Shown here: positions 30,639 to 39,883 of the stretch, piece after piece | Numbering within the stretch: position 1 is the stretch's first letter | How the letters are laid out: every line of letters starts with the position of its first letter | Source of the DNA: Nitrospirota bacterium | GTDB lineage: Bacteria > Nitrospirota > Nitrospiria > JACQBZ01 | NCBI GenBank assembly: GCA_016201865.1 | Contig: JACQCA010000025.1 | Span: forward strand, 3,551-67,550 | Length of the DNA: 64,000 nucleotides | Direction of reading: 5' to 3' | Notes under the pieces: model-generated | The model's database searches: none | What the model was told of the DNA's origin: nothing | What the model saw: the letters and a program-made list of their open reading frames with translations, nothing else | Position numbers and translations under genes: made by a program

Positions 30639-31181
30639 TCAGCGTTTGTATGTCCCCATGATCTGTGTTTCACTTAGCACGTGGTCCTTGATGGCGGATA
30701 GGAGTTGCGGCTTGGTCGCGCGGGGCGGAAGGCTCAGTTTTTTGTCGAGGGCGTACAGTTTGAAGAAATAACGGTGGGGTTTCCCGGGCGGCGGGCACGG
30801 GCCGCCGAAACCGATCCGGCCGAAGTCATTGAGTCCCTGTCGGGATCCATCGGGGAGCGTCTCCTGTTTGGGAACACCCTCCGGCAACCGGCGGGCTTCG
30901 GCCGGAAGGTCGTACAGCACCCAATGAACCCAGGTGCCCATCGGAGCGTCCGGGTCATCGGCGATCATTGCGAAACTTTTCGTCCCGTTCGGCGGATCGG
31001 TCCAGGTGAGCGGAATCGAAACATCCGGTCCGTCGCAGGTATATTTCTTTGGAATGGGCTTACTCTGGGAAAACGCGGAGGTCGTAATTTCAAAGGCCAT
31101 GGTTTCTCCTCTTCCGACCCACAGGAAGCTCGCGATGATAACGGTTGACAGGACAACGGCCGGTCTTGTTTTACCGCTCAA
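30639..31181 (-). CDS. YbhB/YbcL-family Raf-kinase-inhibitor-like (PEBP) protein with a signal peptide
   Basis: PEBP signature region DPDAPMGTWVHWVLYDLP...GFGGPCPPPGKPHRYFFKLYALD. Confidence 0.8.
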   Translation of the reverse strand: MSGKTRPAVVLSTVIIASFLWVGRGETMAFEITTSAFSQSKPIPKKYTCDGPDVSIPLTWTDPPNGTKSFAMIADDPDAPMGTWVHWVLYDLPAEARRLPEGVPKQETLPDGSRQGLNDFGRIGFGGPCPPPGKPHRYFFKLYALDKKLSLPPRATKPQLLSAIKDHVLSETQIMGTYKR

Positions 31182-31543
31182 GGTTTTGCGCCTTTATAAT
31201 AGATGCCGAAGACGAGATCCCCCCCATCCTCTTTGACCGTCACCTGCGCATTCCCGAACTGCTTTTTTTCCGGAATGTCGCGCATGAACTGCTCCCGGTC
31301 GGCCTCATTAAAATAGCCTTTCGGCGTCGCGACCTCCCATGTTTTTTCAAGTCCTTTGGGGCCGTACAATTCCGCATAAACCTTTTTCCAGGTTTTTTCG
31401 CCCGCGTTCGAGGATACCGAAGGCGCCGATTCCGATTCGACGGGGTGCCGGTACATGGACCGTTGTGGATTCGTATTCATGGTCAAATAGATGAACGACG
31501 CCAACACAACGAACATGATGACCCAAAAAACAACCGCTTTCAT
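31178..31543 (-). CDS. Hypothetical secreted/membrane-anchored protein
   Basis: N-terminal TM/signal MKAVVFWVIMFVVLASFIYL. 4-nt overlap with the PEBP gene. Confidence 0.5.
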   Translation of the reverse strand: MKAVVFWVIMFVVLASFIYLTMNTNPQRSMYRHPVESESAPSVSSNAGEKTWKKVYAELYGPKGLEKTWEVATPKGYFNEADREQFMRDIPEKKQFGNAQVTVKEDGGDLVFGIYYKGAKP

Positions 31544-31552
31544 TTTATTTCC

Positions 31553-32032
31553 CTAATGACAATATTGCCGGATGTATGTTTGGGCATGGTCGGCCTTGGT
31601 CGGCTCCATCACCTCCGGCGGGGCAATCTTCAGAAACTGCTCATACCTCCGACAGGCCTCGCTGATGCGGCCGATTTTTTCGTTGGCCCAGGCCGTCATA
31701 AAAACAGGGGTGTAGATCAAAGGCCGGCCCGTGATTTGATAGTCCTTGGCCAGGGCCGCCGCGATCTGAAACTCCATGATCGCCTCTTCAAATCCGGCCT
31801 CGGACATCGCGATCATCCCCTGACGGTTGTGCTCGTAGGCTTCATCGTCGGACTGAGCCATGCCCGCCGGCCCTTGTGCGATAACGACGAGGCCCATAAC
31901 CGAGAGAAAGGCAAGAATCCGGGCCGGTTTGGATCGGATCACAAACCCCCTCACATCGATCAGAACAATATGGGCCACCGTATCAAGATGGTCGTGAAAT
32001 GTCAAGGACGATGGGGAAAGATTTCGGTTCAA
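31553..32032 (-). CDS. Hypothetical exported protein. Start uncertain; an internal start near 31900 giving a signal peptide is plausible
   Basis: ORF with a signal-like LAFLSVMGLVVIAQGPAGMA and helical TPR-like content. Confidence 0.4.
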   Translation of the reverse strand: MNRNLSPSSLTFHDHLDTVAHIVLIDVRGFVIRSKPARILAFLSVMGLVVIAQGPAGMAQSDDEAYEHNRQGMIAMSEAGFEEAIMEFQIAAALAKDYQITGRPLIYTPVFMTAWANEKIGRISEACRRYEQFLKIAPPEVMEPTKADHAQTYIRQYCH

Positions 32033-32072
32033 CTACGGGGACGGTTTTAGTATAATAAACCTTATCCGTAGG

Positions 32073-32657
32073 ATGCTCATGGTCAAAGACAATCACCATG
32101 CCAAAGCGATGGAGCTTCGGAAAAAGCTCCGCGACCGGGTCGGCGAGCTTCAGGGCCGCGTCGAGAAAAGTTCTTCCGAGGCCTTCGAGCGCGTTTTTCA
32201 TGAACGCATGGACACCTACTTCACGCAGCAAGAACGCCTCGAAGAGATGGAGCAGGTGCTTGTGCAGGTGAGGGAAGAGATCGATCGGGCGGCCGACATG
32301 GACGGGCTGAAAAAGCTTGCGGATCGGCTGAACTTCCTCGAAGATCATTTCGAGGAGATCGACAGCCAATTGTACGAACGTCCGGCGCGCCGCCGCGATC
32401 GTTTCAACTTTTTTGAATTTTTTCGCCAAGCAACCGGCGGCCAAGCCTCCGGAAACCAAAATGAAATCAACAACGAGACCGAAGCCTATCTGGAACTGGG
32501 CATGGAGCCCGGCTCCAGCATGAAATCGATCACGGCAAGGTTCCGCCGGCTTGTGAAAGAGCTGCACCCGGACCGTCGCGGAGGAGACCGCAGCGCCGAA
32601 CCGAGATTAAGAAGGCTGGTCGTCGCTTACGAATTCATCAAAAAGAGAACCGCCTGA
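32073..32657 (+). CDS. J-domain (DnaJ-like) protein with an N-terminal coiled coil
   Basis: C-terminal J domain AYLELGMEPGSSMKSITARFRRLVKELHPDR with the HPD motif. Confidence 0.7.
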   Translation: MLMVKDNHHAKAMELRKKLRDRVGELQGRVEKSSSEAFERVFHERMDTYFTQQERLEEMEQVLVQVREEIDRAADMDGLKKLADRLNFLEDHFEEIDSQLYERPARRRDRFNFFEFFRQATGGQASGNQNEINNETEAYLELGMEPGSSMKSITARFRRLVKELHPDRRGGDRSAEPRLRRLVVAYEFIKKRTA

Positions 32658-32666
32658 GGAACCGAA

Positions 32667-32855
32667 ATGAGCAAAAAACCGAAACAGCCTGAAAAACAAG
32701 ATCAACCGAAAAAGGAAGAAAAAAAGAAGCCGATTCATATCGTTCTTCCGGTTCTTCCGAGCGATGAGGGCACGTTGGACGACGAGATGAACGAACTGTT
32801 TGAGGAGGACAAGGTCAAGCACAAACACGGACAGACAGAACCGGAACGGGATTAA
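32667..32855 (+). CDS. Small Lys/Glu-rich hypothetical protein (62 aa)
   Basis: ORF 10 nt after the J-domain gene. Low-complexity charged sequence. Confidence 0.35.
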   Translation: MSKKPKQPEKQDQPKKEEKKKPIHIVLPVLPSDEGTLDDEMNELFEEDKVKHKHGQTEPERD

Positions 32856-32861
32856 CCGGGC

Positions 32862-32996
32862 TTAATAACCCGTTCCCCGTCTCATGATCGCAATCAGCGC
32901 CACGAGCAGAATTCCCACCGTGCCGACGATCAGGATAATGCGTATGATCCGATTGACCTTCTCCAGTCGACTGGGCTCTTTTGCCGGGTCGTCCAT
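32862..32996 (-). CDS. Candidate small membrane protein (44 aa, one TM)
   Basis: AGGAGG 5 nt upstream of the ATG. MDDPAKEPSRLEKVNRIIRIILIVGTVGILLVALIAIMRRGTGY. Not in the 60-aa ORF track. Confidence 0.35.
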   Translation of the reverse strand: MDDPAKEPSRLEKVNRIIRIILIVGTVGILLVALIAIMRRGTGY

Positions 32997-33024
32997 GCCG
33001 GCCTCCTGTTTTAAACGTTTCCCG

Positions 33025-33822
33025 TTATTTTGATTTTAAGTAACGTTCAAAGGTTTCGAGCGGCTGCGCCCCGGCCACAAATTCTCCGTTGAGCAGAAAG
33101 GTCGGCGTGGCCGTTACCCCGATCTTGCGCGCATCGGCCATATCGCTCTCGATCCGCGAGGCCTGCTCTCCTTTATCATAACAGGTCATCAACTTTTTTG
33201 TTTCGAGCCCCTGCTGATCGGACCACCGCTCGACCTGCTCCCGAAGCTGCGAGTCGCTTTTGACGGGGGGATCCGAAAAAAAACCATCGTGAAAAAACCA
33301 GAAGGCCGAGGCCTTCTGAGAACGGGCGCATTCGGCCGCAAGGGCCATTTTGTAAGCGAGCGGATGGATCTCGGCGATCGGGAAATGTTTGTAGTAAACC
33401 GCCACGTCCTGGGGATACTTTTTTATTAACTCCGAAATCGGTCCGCTCGACTGCTTGCAATAAGGGCATTGGAAATCGGAAAACTCCACGATGACCAGCT
33501 TGCCGCCGGGCTTCCCGCGAGGAACCCGGTCGTTGAGATCCAGGGCCTTGATGTCGTAATGAATCGGCTCCGGCGGTCCGGCCCGAAGCGCCGTCAGATT
33601 CTGTTGCGTGCTTAAGTCAAAGATCTGGCCCAGGATGATCTTCGTCCCGGACAGATAAATTGTCCCGTTCTGGCGCTGTCCGTTCGTCTCGACCGTGAAT
33701 TTGAGTTCCAGCAGCCCCGGGATGGGCGAAGGCCCGGGAATCCGGTCGAAAGCCCCGACCGCGATCCAGACCAGAAAGAACGCCCCGATGCCGATGATCC
33801 GTAACGGACGCGCGGAACTCAT
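33025..33822 (-). CDS. DsbA-family thiol:disulfide oxidoreductase (thioredoxin fold, CPYC)
   Basis: FSDFQCPYCKQ active site. Signal/TM LRIIGIGAFFLVWIAVGAF. Start set at MSSARP. Confidence 0.8.
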   Translation of the reverse strand: MSSARPLRIIGIGAFFLVWIAVGAFDRIPGPSPIPGLLELKFTVETNGQRQNGTIYLSGTKIILGQIFDLSTQQNLTALRAGPPEPIHYDIKALDLNDRVPRGKPGGKLVIVEFSDFQCPYCKQSSGPISELIKKYPQDVAVYYKHFPIAEIHPLAYKMALAAECARSQKASAFWFFHDGFFSDPPVKSDSQLREQVERWSDQQGLETKKLMTCYDKGEQASRIESDMADARKIGVTATPTFLLNGEFVAGAQPLETFERYLKSK

Positions 33823-33868
33823 CCTAAAGAAGCCATTTTTGAATCGCCTCATCCGGCTCCGATGAATT

Positions 33869-34297
33869 TTATCCCGCTAATTTGGCATCCATCCGGATCT
33901 CCACGGCGCCGAGCGCTTGCGACACCGGGCATCCCTTTTTAGCCTGTTCTGCATGCTGGAGAAAGGTGGTCTTGTCGATCCCTGCCACGTCCCCCTCGGT
34001 GCTCAAATCAATATGGGTGATCTTGAAGCCCTCACCCACTTTTTCAAGATGAACCTTGGCCACCGTGTGGATGCGTTTCGGTTTAAAACCTGCTTTGGCC
34101 AGAATATTGGCAAAGGCCATCGAGAAACAGCCCGCGTGTGCGGCTCCAATGAGCTCTTCGGGGTTGGTGCCTGTCCCCTCCTCGAAACGCGATGAAAATG
34201 AGTACGCCCCGTGAAACGCGCCGCTTCCGAGCTTCATGATTCCCTTGCCGTCCTTTAACGCGCCCTGCCATTCCGCTTCCGATCTGCGCACAGCCAT
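33869..34297 (-). CDS. OsmC/Ohr-family peroxiredoxin-like protein
   Basis: OsmC motifs (AHAGCFSMAF, KKGCPVSQAL). AGGAGG 7 nt upstream of the MAVRR start. Confidence 0.85.
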   Translation of the reverse strand: MAVRRSEAEWQGALKDGKGIMKLGSGAFHGAYSFSSRFEEGTGTNPEELIGAAHAGCFSMAFANILAKAGFKPKRIHTVAKVHLEKVGEGFKITHIDLSTEGDVAGIDKTTFLQHAEQAKKGCPVSQALGAVEIRMDAKLAG

Positions 34298-34417
34298 GAT
34301 CGTTCCTCCTTTCAAAGTGTTAAAAAGCCCCGTATCCGAATCGGCCATACGGGGCCATAGGTTGGGTTCTGATTAGGATAATACAGCCCTCAATGCTTGG
34401 TCAATAGAAAATAAATC

Positions 34418-35119
34418 TTAAAACACCAGTCCGAAACGAATCAGGATATTGCTCCGGTCTCCGGCGCCCAGCTCGATGCCGAAATGAAATATCTTGGATT
34501 CCGAATAATCCATCCCGATCATTCCGCCGATGGAACCGTCCTGTTTTGCCGTGCTGGAAACCCCGCCCGCCGGTCTGAGTTTATCCGTTCGACCGGAGAA
34601 TCTCAACCCCGTATAAAACCGGAAATCCGGCTCCGGAGCCGAAATCAGATCCTTCGAACCCACAAAAAAGCCGACCTCCTCTTCCGCCCATTGATCCTCC
34701 ATTGCGAAAACGACATTATTCCGCTCAAACCGGGAGGCCTTTCCGAATCGGTATTGCGCGGATAAACCTGCAAAATAGCCGCCCGAAAGCGGCCGGGTTC
34801 CTCGAAAGCCCATTCCCAGGACCGATCGCGTTTGGCTGCTTAAATCGGCCTTTTCCAATGCGACCTTTCCAAGGCCGGCCTTCACAAAAATTTCAAGCGG
34901 CTCCAGCAAACCGTACGTCAACTGAACCTCCTGCCGCGCCACCCTGAGACGGTCCTTGCCGGCATCTACCTTCATGTCCCGGCTGAACAACTCCGCCTGG
35001 AGATAGACGCTTAGCTTCCCCTTTCCCGTCACGAGCGGCGCGGGATTGGCCCAAGCCGTTCGGCTGAACAAAACCAGTCCTATAAGAACCCAAAAGACCT
35101 TCCGATTTCTTAGATTCAT
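34418..35119 (-). CDS. Outer-membrane beta-barrel protein (hypothetical)
   Basis: Signal peptide ending AWA. Alternating amphipathic strands. C-terminal ...IRFGLVF, the aromatic terminus typical of OMPs. Confidence 0.55.
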   Translation of the reverse strand: MNLRNRKVFWVLIGLVLFSRTAWANPAPLVTGKGKLSVYLQAELFSRDMKVDAGKDRLRVARQEVQLTYGLLEPLEIFVKAGLGKVALEKADLSSQTRSVLGMGFRGTRPLSGGYFAGLSAQYRFGKASRFERNNVVFAMEDQWAEEEVGFFVGSKDLISAPEPDFRFYTGLRFSGRTDKLRPAGGVSSTAKQDGSIGGMIGMDYSESKIFHFGIELGAGDRSNILIRFGLVF

Positions 35120-35170
35120 GGCCTTCCCCGTCATCCGGTCATGGATGGATCTGCTCGGTTTTCGTTGGGC

Positions 35171-36094
35171 TCAGCGTTTCCTGGGTTTGCGAATCTTCTC
35201 TTTTTTCAGTACGCTCTTGACGGCTTCGCCGATCACGGCCGGGTTTCGGACGACTTTCACACCGGCCTCTTCAAGCGTTGCGATTTTCTGTGCCGCCGTT
35301 CCCTTGCCGCCCGAGATGATCGCGCCGGCATGGCCCATCCGCCGGCCGGGCGGAGCCGTTACCCCGGCGATGAAACCGACGACCGGTTTCGTGACATGGG
35401 ACTTGATATAATCGGCTGCGCGTTCCTCGGCATCCCCCCCGATCTCGCCGATCATCACGATCGCCTCGGTGTTCCTGTCTTTCTGAAACAGTTCAAGAAC
35501 GTCCGTGAAATTCGTCCCGTTTACCGGGTCGCCGCCGATCCCGATGCAGGTGGACTGCCCAAGACTGAGCTCGGTCAACTGCCAGACCGCTTCATAGGTC
35601 AGCGTGCCGCTGCGGGAGACGACCCCCACCGAACCTTTTTTATGGATGAAGCCCGGCATGATCCCGATCTTGCATTCCTCCGGGGTAATGATCCCGGGAC
35701 AGTTGGGACCGATCAGACGGATCGTGCGTTTCCCGTTGTCTGAGGCCGTTTTTCCGGCGATGAACCGTTTTGCGCGGATCATATCGGCCAACGGGATTCC
35801 CTCGGTGATGCAGACGATCAGGCCGATTCCGGCATCGGCCGCCTCCATGATCGCGTCGGCTGCAAACGCCGGCGGCACAAAGATCATCGAGACATCGGGC
35901 TTCACGGCCTCCACGGCCTCCGATACCGTGTTGAAGACCGGAACCCCTTCAAACGCGGTTCCCCCTTTTCCGGGAGTCACACCGCCGACGATCTTCGTCC
36001 CGTACTCGCGGCAGGCCGCGGCATGGAACGATCCTTCCTTGCCCGTGATTCCCTGGACGACGACTTTGGTATTTTTGTTGACGAGGATGCTCAT
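35171..36094 (-). CDS. sucD: Succinyl-CoA synthetase alpha subunit with an unusual Lys-rich C-terminal tail ([11 protein letters not shown])
   Basis: [24 protein letters not shown]..., CoA-binding and phosphohistidine loop (SGTLTYE). Confidence 0.95.
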   Translation of the reverse strand: MSILVNKNTKVVVQGITGKEGSFHAAACREYGTKIVGGVTPGKGGTAFEGVPVFNTVSEAVEAVKPDVSMIFVPPAFAADAIMEAADAGIGLIVCITEGIPLADMIRAKRFIAGKTASDNGKRTIRLIGPNCPGIITPEECKIGIMPGFIHKKGSVGVVSRSGTLTYEAVWQLTELSLGQSTCIGIGGDPVNGTNFTDVLELFQKDRNTEAIVMIGEIGGDAEERAADYIKSHVTKPVVGFIAGVTAPPGRRMGHAGAIISGGKGTAAQKIATLEEAGVKVVRNPAVIGEAVKSVLKKEKIRKPRKR

Positions 36095-36096
36095 GC

Positions 36097-37281
36097 CTAT
36101 CCCTTTTTCGTTTTCTCTGCCTGCTTAATCCCCATCTGAACGACGCCGCCCCGCTGTCCGACCCAGACATTCCGTTCGGAATCGACCGTGACGGCATAAA
36201 CATCGTCGCCGATCAGACCGTCCGCCTTTGTATAGCTCTTCCAGGCCGTTCCATTAAAGCTCGACACGCCGTGATTGGTTCCGACCCAGATCAGCCCTGA
36301 CGGATCGCGTTCCAAGGCATAGACGACATTCCCGGATAATCCCTGTTGGGTGGTGTAGTTCGTCCAGCGCTTCCCGTCGAAGCGGCTGACGCCGCCGCCC
36401 CAGGTGCCGAACCATTTATCGCCGCGGGCATCGATCATGATCGTGAAAATATAATTTTCGTTGTAGGTCTCTTTTCCTTTATCATCCAAAACACTCAGGT
36501 CATGGAAGTGGCCGGCGTAACTCCGCCCCGGCGCTAATTCTACACCGGGATTCTCCTGCAGGGCCTCATACGCTTCTCCCGACGTCTTTTTTCGGGCGAG
36601 GGCCAATTCGTTGGGAGCCCCCAGACCGTCCTTATGGGTATAGGCGGCCCACTGTTTTCCGGCCGGAGCCGCAGGATCAAACCGATTCACGCCCTCCTCG
36701 GTGCCGAACCAAAGCGACCGGTCGCGATCCACCGCCAGACCGTAGACCCATTTATTCACGAGTCCGTCTTTGGTGTTGTACGTCGCGAATCGGGATCCTT
36801 CGGGAGCGGACGGATCGTATCGGGTCACGCCGTCCCACGTCGCGATCCACATGCCGCCGTCGGGATGAAAATCAATGTCGTACACCCATAAATCGGACAG
36901 CCCGTCCTGTTTGCCGAAAGCCGTCCAGGCGGCTCCGTCAAAACGGAGCAGACCGCCGGCATCCGTTCCAAACCACAATCCTCCTTTTGCATCCTTATTA
37001 ATCGTGAAGACGTAGTTGCTCGTCAAACCGTCGTTTTTGGTATAGGTCCGGACGAGCCCGCCGTTGACGCGATTGACCTTGATGATTCCGGTAGACGTTC
37101 CGACCCATAAAAAAGCGCCGTCCGACTTCAGCGCGCGAACCACATTGCCCGGACCCGTGTTGAAACTCGCCATGACCTTGTAGTCCGGCATGGGCGGACT
37201 TTTTTGGGCGCAGCCCCAGAAAAGTAAAAGGCTGCTCAGGATAACGACGATCGGTCGGCGCGGTTGTCGGCGGGTTGACAT
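36097..37281 (-). CDS. Lipoprotein built of two-component-regulator-propeller (Reg_prop) repeats, inserted between sucC and sucD
   Basis: Lipobox LLLFWGC. At least 6 repeats of the type [15 protein letters not shown] / [18 protein letters not shown] overlaps the sucC TGA (TGATG). Stop is 2 nt before the sucD ATG. Confidence 0.8.
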   Translation of the reverse strand: MSTRRQPRRPIVVILSSLLLFWGCAQKSPPMPDYKVMASFNTGPGNVVRALKSDGAFLWVGTSTGIIKVNRVNGGLVRTYTKNDGLTSNYVFTINKDAKGGLWFGTDAGGLLRFDGAAWTAFGKQDGLSDLWVYDIDFHPDGGMWIATWDGVTRYDPSAPEGSRFATYNTKDGLVNKWVYGLAVDRDRSLWFGTEEGVNRFDPAAPAGKQWAAYTHKDGLGAPNELALARKKTSGEAYEALQENPGVELAPGRSYAGHFHDLSVLDDKGKETYNENYIFTIMIDARGDKWFGTWGGGVSRFDGKRWTNYTTQQGLSGNVVYALERDPSGLIWVGTNHGVSSFNGTAWKSYTKADGLIGDDVYAVTVDSERNVWVGQRGGVVQMGIKQAEKTKKG

Positions 37282-38444
37282 CAGGATTGAATGAGGCTGA
37301 CGATCTTCTGGGCCCCCTCCCACATCGTCCGCGCCACGATAAGGTTCAGTCCGGATTCGGCGAGCATCTGCCGCGCCTCCTCGGCGTTCGTCCCTTCCAG
37401 CCGCACAACCAGCGGAACCTTGATGGCGACCTCTTTTGCGGCATCCATTACGCCGCCAGCGATCCGCTCGCATCGGACGATCCCGCCGAAGATATTGATG
37501 AAGACTCCCTTGACATTCCGGTCCGACATCAGAATCGTGAAGGCCTGCTTCACGGTTTCCTTCGAGGCGCCGCCCCCCACATCGAGGAAGTTGGCCGGGA
37601 AGGAACCGGCGAGCTTGATCGTGTCCATGGTGGCCATCGCCAGGCCGGCCCCGTTCACCATGCAGCCGATGGCCCCATCGAGTTTGACGTAGTTCAGACC
37701 GTATTGCGAAGCCTGAATCTCGAGAGGGTCTTCCTCGTCAAGATCGCGGAGCGCCTTGATGTCGTCATTCCGGTAAAGCGAATTATCGTCAAAGGTCACC
37801 TTGGCGTCCAATGCGATCAACTTTTGATCTCGGGTGACAACGAGCGGATTGATTTCGACCACGGAAGCGCCCTTTTCCATGAAGAGACGATAGAGGTTTC
37901 CCAACATAAGGACGAAGAGGCCGATGATCTCTTTTGCGAGCCCCAGGCGATAGGCCAGCATCCGTCCGTGAAAGGCCTGATAGCCGGCGGACGGATCGAT
38001 CAGGGCTTTGAGAATTTTCTCGGGCGAATGGGCCGCGACTTCTTCAATCTCCATGCCGCCCGCACGGCTCGCGATGAAGACGGGCCAGCCCGAAAACCGG
38101 TCTACGAGGAGGCTCACGTACAGTTCGCTCGCGATATCCGCGCCCTCTTCAATCAAAAGACGCTTCAACTTGCGTCCTTCCGGGCCGGTCTGATGGGTAA
38201 CGAGGACCTTTCCCAGAAGCTCCTTCGCCAGCGTTTCGACCTGCGCGCGCTCCTTGGTCAGCTTGACGCCGCCGGCCTTCCCCCGTCCGCCGGCATGAAT
38301 CTGGGCCTTTACCACATAGACGGAGGATTGAAGCTGGTCGGCCCAAGCTTTCGTCTCCTCGACTGTGGCGACGGCCTTCCCGCGTGGCACGGGGATATTA
38401 AACTGAGTAAAGAGCTGCTTGGCCTGGAATTCGTGGATGTTCAT
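37281..38444 (-). CDS. sucC: Succinyl-CoA synthetase beta subunit (ATP-grasp)
   Basis: MNIHEFQAKQLFTQFNIPVPRG... 387 aa. Confidence 0.95.
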   Translation of the reverse strand: MNIHEFQAKQLFTQFNIPVPRGKAVATVEETKAWADQLQSSVYVVKAQIHAGGRGKAGGVKLTKERAQVETLAKELLGKVLVTHQTGPEGRKLKRLLIEEGADIASELYVSLLVDRFSGWPVFIASRAGGMEIEEVAAHSPEKILKALIDPSAGYQAFHGRMLAYRLGLAKEIIGLFVLMLGNLYRLFMEKGASVVEINPLVVTRDQKLIALDAKVTFDDNSLYRNDDIKALRDLDEEDPLEIQASQYGLNYVKLDGAIGCMVNGAGLAMATMDTIKLAGSFPANFLDVGGGASKETVKQAFTILMSDRNVKGVFINIFGGIVRCERIAGGVMDAAKEVAIKVPLVVRLEGTNAEEARQMLAESGLNLIVARTMWEGAQKIVSLIQS

Positions 38445-38615
38445 TGGATGATATCCTGATTGATTGAGCTAACGGAGAGGCATTTTATCAGAGGATAAGG
38501 CGTGAAAGCAACTGGGATTTATGGACGGATTTTGCACGATCCATTCCATCCTTGCTTAAGCCCACGGCGCGGTTCATAATAGGTTCATCCACAAAATAAG
38601 CAGGAGGAACCCGTT

Positions 38616-38777
38616 ATGATGCTTTATATCCACAAGGACTGCGGTGAGCCCGCGGTAGAGCGGCCGGACGCCATCATGCCGGAACTTCCCGCCGAATTCC
38701 CCTTCACCTGCTTAAGCTGCCTCGGGGAAATCGAGGATGAATCGGATCTCACTGCGGTCGAGCTGATGAGCCAGTAG
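38616..38777 (+). CDS. Candidate small Cys-containing protein (53 aa)
   Basis: CAGGAGGAAC 8 nt upstream of ATGATG. MMLYIHKDCGEPAVERPDAIMPELPAEFPFTCLSCLGEIEDESDLTAVELMSQ. GC-rich codon third positions. Confidence 0.35.
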   Translation: MMLYIHKDCGEPAVERPDAIMPELPAEFPFTCLSCLGEIEDESDLTAVELMSQ

Positions 38778-38884
38778 ATGATCCCCGCGCGCAGTGTTTG
38801 ACGGCTCTGCTGTTCCACTTTTCCATTGTCCATCCTTTCACCCGAGTGTTTCAACAAACAACAAAAGATTTGACCCTTCACTTA

Positions 38885-39688
38885 TTAGTCAATAACGATA
38901 TCAACATTACTTCTGGAGCACCCTATGATGAATGAATTAGTGCCGATCATCACTTTATCCTCCCCGATAATTATGGGTTCGTAATTAGGGAAATGGAAAG
39001 TTCCTATGAGTTTAATTGAAGAAGAATTGAGATAACGGACGTTTAGAACTTGTCTCGCTTGTTGATCATATACAATCAGGGTATGGCTGTCTGGTCGTTC
39101 TATCCGAAAGTAATTATTTGGGTTTATATCAAATTTGTTCTTGTCGATTGTTGCCACTATTCTGTGGTCTGCGCTAAAGATTTTTGCGGTTAAGTAGATC
39201 GCATCTGCCTCCTTACCGAATGAGATCAGGTCCTCGCTGGCGACTCTTAAAACTGTATGAGGGAATTGGTCTGAAAAAAACGCTGATTTACCAATGTAGA
39301 CTGTAAAAAAATTAGATGGAATGTTGCATCGGGTTATAGGTGTGGGATCGTTTGCGGGCTGAAGGACTCCAGACATTTTGTTTTCATTCGCTTGTGAGGA
39401 TTGCTCGGATTTTCTCTGTGTAAGGACTTTAAGAAAAGCCTCATAGGAATCTTTATCGAGCGCATCATTTCCGTAATCTGTGCAAAGACGGAAGTGTAGC
39501 ACCTCAAACTCTTGCAGACCTGGTACCTCAGCCCGGATTCTCTGGTAAGTCTGTTGAATTTCTCCACCTGCTTTTAACGCTTCCTTAATCTTTGGAATAG
39601 ATGCTTCTACTTTTTCCTGGACCGAGGCAGTAAGAACGTCGGGTGGTGGTTCGTAACAATATACTACTTGACCGTCTTTCCGAATCAA
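38885..39688 (-). CDS. Hypothetical protein in a low-GC island. Annotated frame starts with TTG. A signal-peptide sORF (39685-39771, ATG with RBS) lies in the -1 frame, suggesting a frameshifted exported protein
   Basis: 267-aa ORF, AT-rich relative to flanks. Upstream MLRKYFVLLTIFFSSLVRVCHPQGTNIN* in another frame. Confidence 0.5.
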   Translation of the reverse strand: MIRKDGQVVYCYEPPPDVLTASVQEKVEASIPKIKEALKAGGEIQQTYQRIRAEVPGLQEFEVLHFRLCTDYGNDALDKDSYEAFLKVLTQRKSEQSSQANENKMSGVLQPANDPTPITRCNIPSNFFTVYIGKSAFFSDQFPHTVLRVASEDLISFGKEADAIYLTAKIFSADHRIVATIDKNKFDINPNNYFRIERPDSHTLIVYDQQARQVLNVRYLNSSSIKLIGTFHFPNYEPIIIGEDKVMIGTNSFIIGCSRSNVDIVID

Positions 39689-39883
39689 TTTATGTTCGTT
39701 CCTTGAGGATGGCAGACTCGCACAAGAGATGAGAAAAATATGGTAAGTAAAACAAAGTATTTGCGCAACATATAATTCTCCCTATCTTTTGTTATTTGTC
39801 TTCCTCGTGTCTTTCTTGTCGATGAATCCATTCATCTGAAGACATGGGTAATGGGACGGGTTTAGGGTAACAACTTTGTGAGA

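Noticed and set aside
31145-32050. 301-aa plus-strand ORF spanning three minus-strand genes
   Set aside because: Arg/His/Pro-rich low-complexity product, no RBS. The opposite-strand genes have signal peptides and family motifs.
37275-38459. 394-aa plus-strand ORF antisense to sucC
   Set aside because: Shadow ORF. Low-complexity Arg/Gly/Asp-rich translation. sucC on the opposite strand is canonical.
38624-38881. 85-aa minus-strand ORF overlapping the 53-aa plus-strand sORF
   Set aside because: No RBS and an odd Cys/Ser-rich low-complexity product. The plus-strand sORF has a strong RBS.
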